Shown piece by piece: positions 29,208 through 32,000 of a DNA stretch of 32,000 nucleotides. The stretch comes from Candidatus Saccharimonadota bacterium (GTDB taxonomy: Bacteria; Patescibacteriota; Microgenomatia; UBA1406; GWC2-37-13), in the NCBI GenBank assembly GCA_016432445.1, contig CP066689.1, positions 540,001 to 572,000 of the forward strand, in the 5' to 3' direction. Below the pieces are notes generated by a model. It saw nothing but the letters and a program-made list of their open reading frames with translations, had not been told where the DNA came from and ran no database searches. A program made the position numbers and the translations under genes. Numbering within the stretch: the stretch's first letter is position 1; each line of letters opens with the position of its first letter.

Positions 29208-30407
29208 TTATTTCCTAACAAGCAGAATGCCAAAAGGGGTGTTGCGGCCGGGGCCGGCAAGATAACGGCCATTATTCCACAAAGCTATTGAACCGCCTGA
29301 ATCAAGATTCAAAGCATTTTGAATGCCTAGAGATTTTAATACGTGGGCCATCTCGGAAGTTGTTACATTGTGAACGACACCAATATAAACAGTATTTCCG
29401 CTGGCTCCAATAAAAGCTCTTGTTCCTTTTCCTAAACGCTTGGCCTCACCATCATTTCCATAGACGACTTCTCCATTTAGAAGTAATAATGGCTGATTGG
29501 CAATAACTGCGTCGACTCCAGTATCGCGGCCCCATTCAAGAGATTGGCCTACAAATCTGGCAAAGTTGCCTGAGAAAATAACTGCCGGTACGGTACTGTA
29601 AACATTGTTGCCTGAATTAAAATAAGTTTTGTCTTTATTCATGAGCAAAGTATCAAAAGTGTTCGTTTTGCCGGCGCAGCTTGGATAAGCGGCAGGGCAA
29701 AAATATGGACCGTTTACCGCGGCAAATGCTCCGTTTCTTTGAGCATATTCTCCCAAAGACATGACGGGACAATCATTGCCACAGTCTGAGCCTGAGGCAG
29801 TGTCAACTATTACCTTTGTGGAGTTAAGATCTGCGCTTATGATTGAGACTGTGAAAGTGCCAACATCTGAGTTCACTTGCTGAGTACTTGAACCCGATGA
29901 AGGAGGTGTATTACTTGAGGAAATATTTGCTGGAGGTTGGTAAGCTGCCGCAATCTCATTTTTTTTGTCACTAATTGATTTAGATAATTCAGCCAGTTTA
30001 CTTTCTGCGCTGGCGTAATTTTTTTTGGATAACAAAGTTAGAGTTTCAGTGAAAAGTTCATCAAACTTTGAGGTTTTAGCAGACATTTCCTTTAAACTAA
30101 GAAGCTGCTCATAAGTTTTGACGGCTTTACTGTAGGTATTTTGAATATTATTGATCTCTTCAGTATTTTTTTTATTTATTTTTACTTGATCTTGATTTTT
30201 AAAATCGGTAAGTTCAGCTTTGGTTTGAGAAAGCTGCTGATTTAATTTTGACTTTGCGGAGCCCAAAGCCAGAAGTGAGGTTTTCAAATTTGTCGACTCA
30301 AAAGCAAAATAACCGGCCAAAACTAAAAGAATTATTATCGGCAGTATCCGAAAAAAATGAAATAATTTTGACCGCTTTTTTAGAGTGTTTAAAAATGATT
30401 TGATCAT
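29208..30407 (-). CDS. Phosphodiester glycosidase (NAGPA/DUF2233-like) family protein with an N-terminal TM helix and coiled coil
   Basis: The C-terminal domain has AAVNGPYF, NQPLLLLNGEVV, RAFIGASGNTVYIGVV and ALNLDSGGSIALW. The N-terminus has a TM helix followed by a long coiled-coil-like segment. Confidence 0.75.
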   Translation of the reverse strand: MIKSFLNTLKKRSKLFHFFRILPIIILLVLAGYFAFESTNLKTSLLALGSAKSKLNQQLSQTKAELTDFKNQDQVKINKKNTEEINNIQNTYSKAVKTYEQLLSLKEMSAKTSKFDELFTETLTLLSKKNYASAESKLAELSKSISDKKNEIAAAYQPPANISSSNTPPSSGSSTQQVNSDVGTFTVSIISADLNSTKVIVDTASGSDCGNDCPVMSLGEYAQRNGAFAAVNGPYFCPAAYPSCAGKTNTFDTLLMNKDKTYFNSGNNVYSTVPAVIFSGNFARFVGQSLEWGRDTGVDAVIANQPLLLLNGEVVYGNDGEAKRLGKGTRAFIGASGNTVYIGVVHNVTTSEMAHVLKSLGIQNALNLDSGGSIALWNNGRYLAGPGRNTPFGILLVRK

Positions 30408-30418
30408 GAGTTTTTTTT

Positions 30419-30455
30419 AAAAAAATATGCCGTTAAGAAGAAATTATTTTACGGC
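30419..30455 (-). terminator. Intrinsic terminator after the 89-aa ORF
   Basis: The minus strand reads GCCGTAA-AATAATTTCTTC-TT(A)ACGGC, then ATA and TTTTTTT. The stem is 5 G/C-rich bp plus 2 A-T bp, with one bulge. Confidence 0.5.
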
Positions 30456-30543
30456 TAATTAAGTATGAATAAGTATATCAAATACTATAAAACTGTCAAG
30501 TTAAAATGTAGTCTATAGGATCACTTTCACTTGGGTATAATTG

Positions 30544-30813
30544 TTACCTTCTTTTTTTAATCGTTGGGCTGCTGGCTGCGGATTTTTCAAAACTAGAATC
30601 GGCTACGAGAGGTTTGCGTATTTCTTCAGCTCCGCTGTTTTCTAGGTGATTTTCCAAAGCCTTAGGGGATTTATTATCAATGCTTGATGTTATTCCATAT
30701 GTGCCAACGCCAAATGGACTTTTATTAACTAGTTCATCAACTTTTTTTGCAAGATGAAAAGGATCATCTTCTACAGGCTTTATTACCCTTACTACACGTC
30801 GTCTCTTTTTCAT
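30544..30813 (-). CDS. Hypothetical small protein (89 aa) with basic termini
   Basis: This is the only ORF in the interval. Its termini are MKKRRRVVRV...TIKKRR. A hairpin plus T-run terminator follows it. No SD is visible. Confidence 0.45.
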   Translation of the reverse strand: MKKRRRVVRVIKPVEDDPFHLAKKVDELVNKSPFGVGTYGITSSIDNKSPKALENHLENSGAEEIRKPLVADSSFEKSAASSPTIKKRR

Positions 30814-30942
30814 AGAACCATGATAAAACTTAAGTTTAAGGTATACATAAGAATGATGTAATATTTCTGTAAAAGATAGTCCACTTACATTTTACGGCTA
30901 ATCAACCTACGCGGTTGCCTAAAGAGGAGTATAATTATAAAT

Positions 30943-32000
30943 ATGGGTGATCAAGAAAAGTTCACAAACAAGGTGATTGCTCAGGTTCTCCGCTCTGTTG
31001 CTGCTGCTTATCTTCTTAAAGGGGAAAACCGTTTTAAAATAATAGCTTATGATAATGCCGCTGGTACAGTTGAGCATATGAACCGCGAACTTAAAGATAT
31101 CTGGCAGGAAGGAAAAATACATGATGTGCCTGGGATTGGTCCATCAATATCCGAACATCTGACCGAGTACTTTAAAAAAGGCCACTCCAGTCATTTTGAC
31201 CGGATCTTAAAAGGAATTCCGTCTGCAGTTTTTACCTTAATGAATGTTTCGTTTATAGGACCAAAAAGAGCTTTAAAACTTGTAAAAGCACTACATCTTT
31301 TTAATTCTGATACAGCCATAAATGACCTTAAAGAAGCTTGCCTAAGTGATAAAGTATCCAAGATTCCAACATTCGGAAAAAAGTCTCAGGATGACATACT
31401 TTTGTCGATTGAACTTTATGAGCAAAGCACTAAAAAAACCGAAAGAATGCCCTTGCCTTATGCTTCTGAGCTGGCTCAAGAAGTAGTGGAATATCTTAAA
31501 AAACTTCCATGGGTAATCCGAGCTGACGCTTTAGGTTCTTTACGGCGGATGGTGGCAACTGTAGGCGACATTGATGTCGCAGTTGCCGCTGAAGATAAAA
31601 ATGCCAGTTTGATAATTGATAAATTTATTAATTTCCCCCGAATGATAAGAGTTGATAATGCGGGCGGGAAAAAAGCTTCAATTATTGTTAGTCCAAACAT
31701 AAGAGTTGATTTAAGAACTCAATCACCGGCTACATACGGATCAATGCTTCAGTATCTTACCGGCAGCAAATCACACAATATTAAGTTAAGGGAGTATGCG
31801 CTAAAAAAGGGTTATTCATTATCTGAGTATGGTTTGAAACCTTTGAAGAAAATTCAAAATTCAAATGTCAAATTTCAAAATTACAATTCAAAATCCAAAA
31901 TTTTAGAGTTTAAGGATGAACCTTGGCTTTATAATTTTTTAGGACTGGATTATATTGAGCCTGAGCTCAGGGAAGGGACAGATGAAATAGATATAGCTTT
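30943..32000 (+). CDS. DNA polymerase X family (Pol beta-like); 3' end lies outside the window
   Basis: This ORF is absent from the supplied track because it stays open to the window end. My own frame-1 translation is MGDQEKFTNKVIAQVLRSVAAAYLLKGENRFKIIAYDNAA...VPGIGPSISEHL...GSLRRMVATVGDIDVAVAA...LQYLTGSKSHNIKLREYALKKGYSLSEYGL...LGLDYIEPELREG. That covers the HhH motif, the NTase GS..DIDV motif and the PolX thumb. TATAAT at 30930-30935 lies 7 nt before the ATG. Confidence 0.85.
   Translation, partial: MGDQEKFTNKVIAQVLRSVAAAYLLKGENRFKIIAYDNAAGTVEHMNRELKDIWQEGKIHDVPGIGPSISEHLTEYFKKGHSSHFDRILKGIPSAVFTLMNVSFIGPKRALKLVKALHLFNSDTAINDLKEACLSDKVSKIPTFGKKSQDDILLSIELYEQSTKKTERMPLPYASELAQEVVEYLKKLPWVIRADALGSLRRMVATVGDIDVAVAAEDKNASLIIDKFINFPRMIRVDNAGGKKASIIVSPNIRVDLRTQSPATYGSMLQYLTGSKSHNIKLREYALKKGYSLSEYGLKPLKKIQNSNVKFQNYNSKSKILEFKDEPWLYNFLGLDYIEPELREGTDEIDIA
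31851..31906 (+). repeat. Heptanucleotide tandem array H4 inside polX
   Basis: The units are AATTCAA AATTCAA ATGTCAA ATTTCAA AATTACA ATTCAAA ATCCAAA ATTTTAG. The 20-mer TCAAATGTCAAATTTCAAAA at 31861-31880 is identical to 15933-15952 in ileS. Confidence 0.8.

Noticed and set aside
28925-29291. ORFs at 28956-29291 (+) and 28925-29107 (-).
   Set aside because: Both run across tRNA-Gly, its leader and the repeat debris, and the former also runs antisense into the glycosidase 3' end. They are best explained as chance ORFs.
31561-31584. GTAG followed by a 16-bp palindrome (GCGACAT-TG-ATGTCGC) in polX, which superficially resembles the P family.
   Set aside because: It encodes the universally conserved PolX catalytic motif VGDIDV, and the complementary codons GAC/GTC and ATT/GAT create the symmetry. 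It lacks the YTACA tail and the GGG/CCC stem base, so it is probably coincidental.
1-32000. CRISPR arrays, rRNA genes, transposase or integrase genes, and known defence-system genes.
   Set aside because: I found no repeat-spacer periodicity, no rRNA-like segments and no ORFs with transposase, integrase, restriction or Cas-type motifs on either strand.

Overview
The window is AT-rich and tightly packed, and most genes lie on the plus strand. It uses the standard genetic code, since TGA acts as a stop (e.g. 22410-22412). Gene content and style suggest a Patescibacteria/CPR-like bacterium, but that is a guess I cannot verify here. No BLAST/HMM search, RNA folding or composition statistics were run; every call rests on reading motifs in the ORF translations and the DNA by eye.

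Layout:
- 1-12.9 kb: a dcw-like wall/division cluster in the order murA, sugar nucleotidyltransferase, yvcK-like, dgkA, mraY, PP-loop ORF (candidate MurL), murD, ftsW, murG, ftsQ, ftsA, ftsZ. An NTase-fold ORF is tightly coupled to ftsZ.
- 13.8-20.6 kb: an EEP nuclease/phosphatase (-), ileS, rodA, rplU-rpmA, a ParB-like HTH protein, lepB (-) and tRNA-Val.
- 20.6-25.4 kb: an envelope-glycan cluster with an LPLAT acyltransferase, GT2, GT4, GT2 and an O-antigen-ligase-like protein.
- 25.3-29.2 kb: an accessory stretch holding tRNA-Thr and tRNA-Gly, a GC-rich KGG stress gene, small membrane ORFs and tRNA-derived debris.
- 29.2-32 kb: a phosphodiester glycosidase (-), a small ORF (-) and a 3'-truncated PolX.

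Main signals outside ordinary gene calls:
1. Seven copies of a roughly 28-bp GC-rich hairpin palindrome with conserved GTAR...YTACA ends lie inside intact CDSs, all in one orientation. Their stems covary and their only imperfections are G-T wobbles. Five copies are in the glycosyltransferase cluster.
2. A 7-nt-period tandem-repeat family (NTCTNAA-like) occurs in four places: twice inside ileS, inside polX, and as a 48-bp palindromic array upstream of rplU. An exact 20-mer is shared between ileS and polX.
3. Two copies of a 38-nt tRNA-acceptor-like minihelix, plus other tRNA fragments and direct repeats, lie around tRNA-Gly.
4. At least 13 genes carry a -10-like TAnAAT hexamer 5-9 nt upstream of their ATG, which suggests leaderless mRNAs.
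5. The PP-loop ORF next to murD resembles the described MurL/MurD2 pathway.
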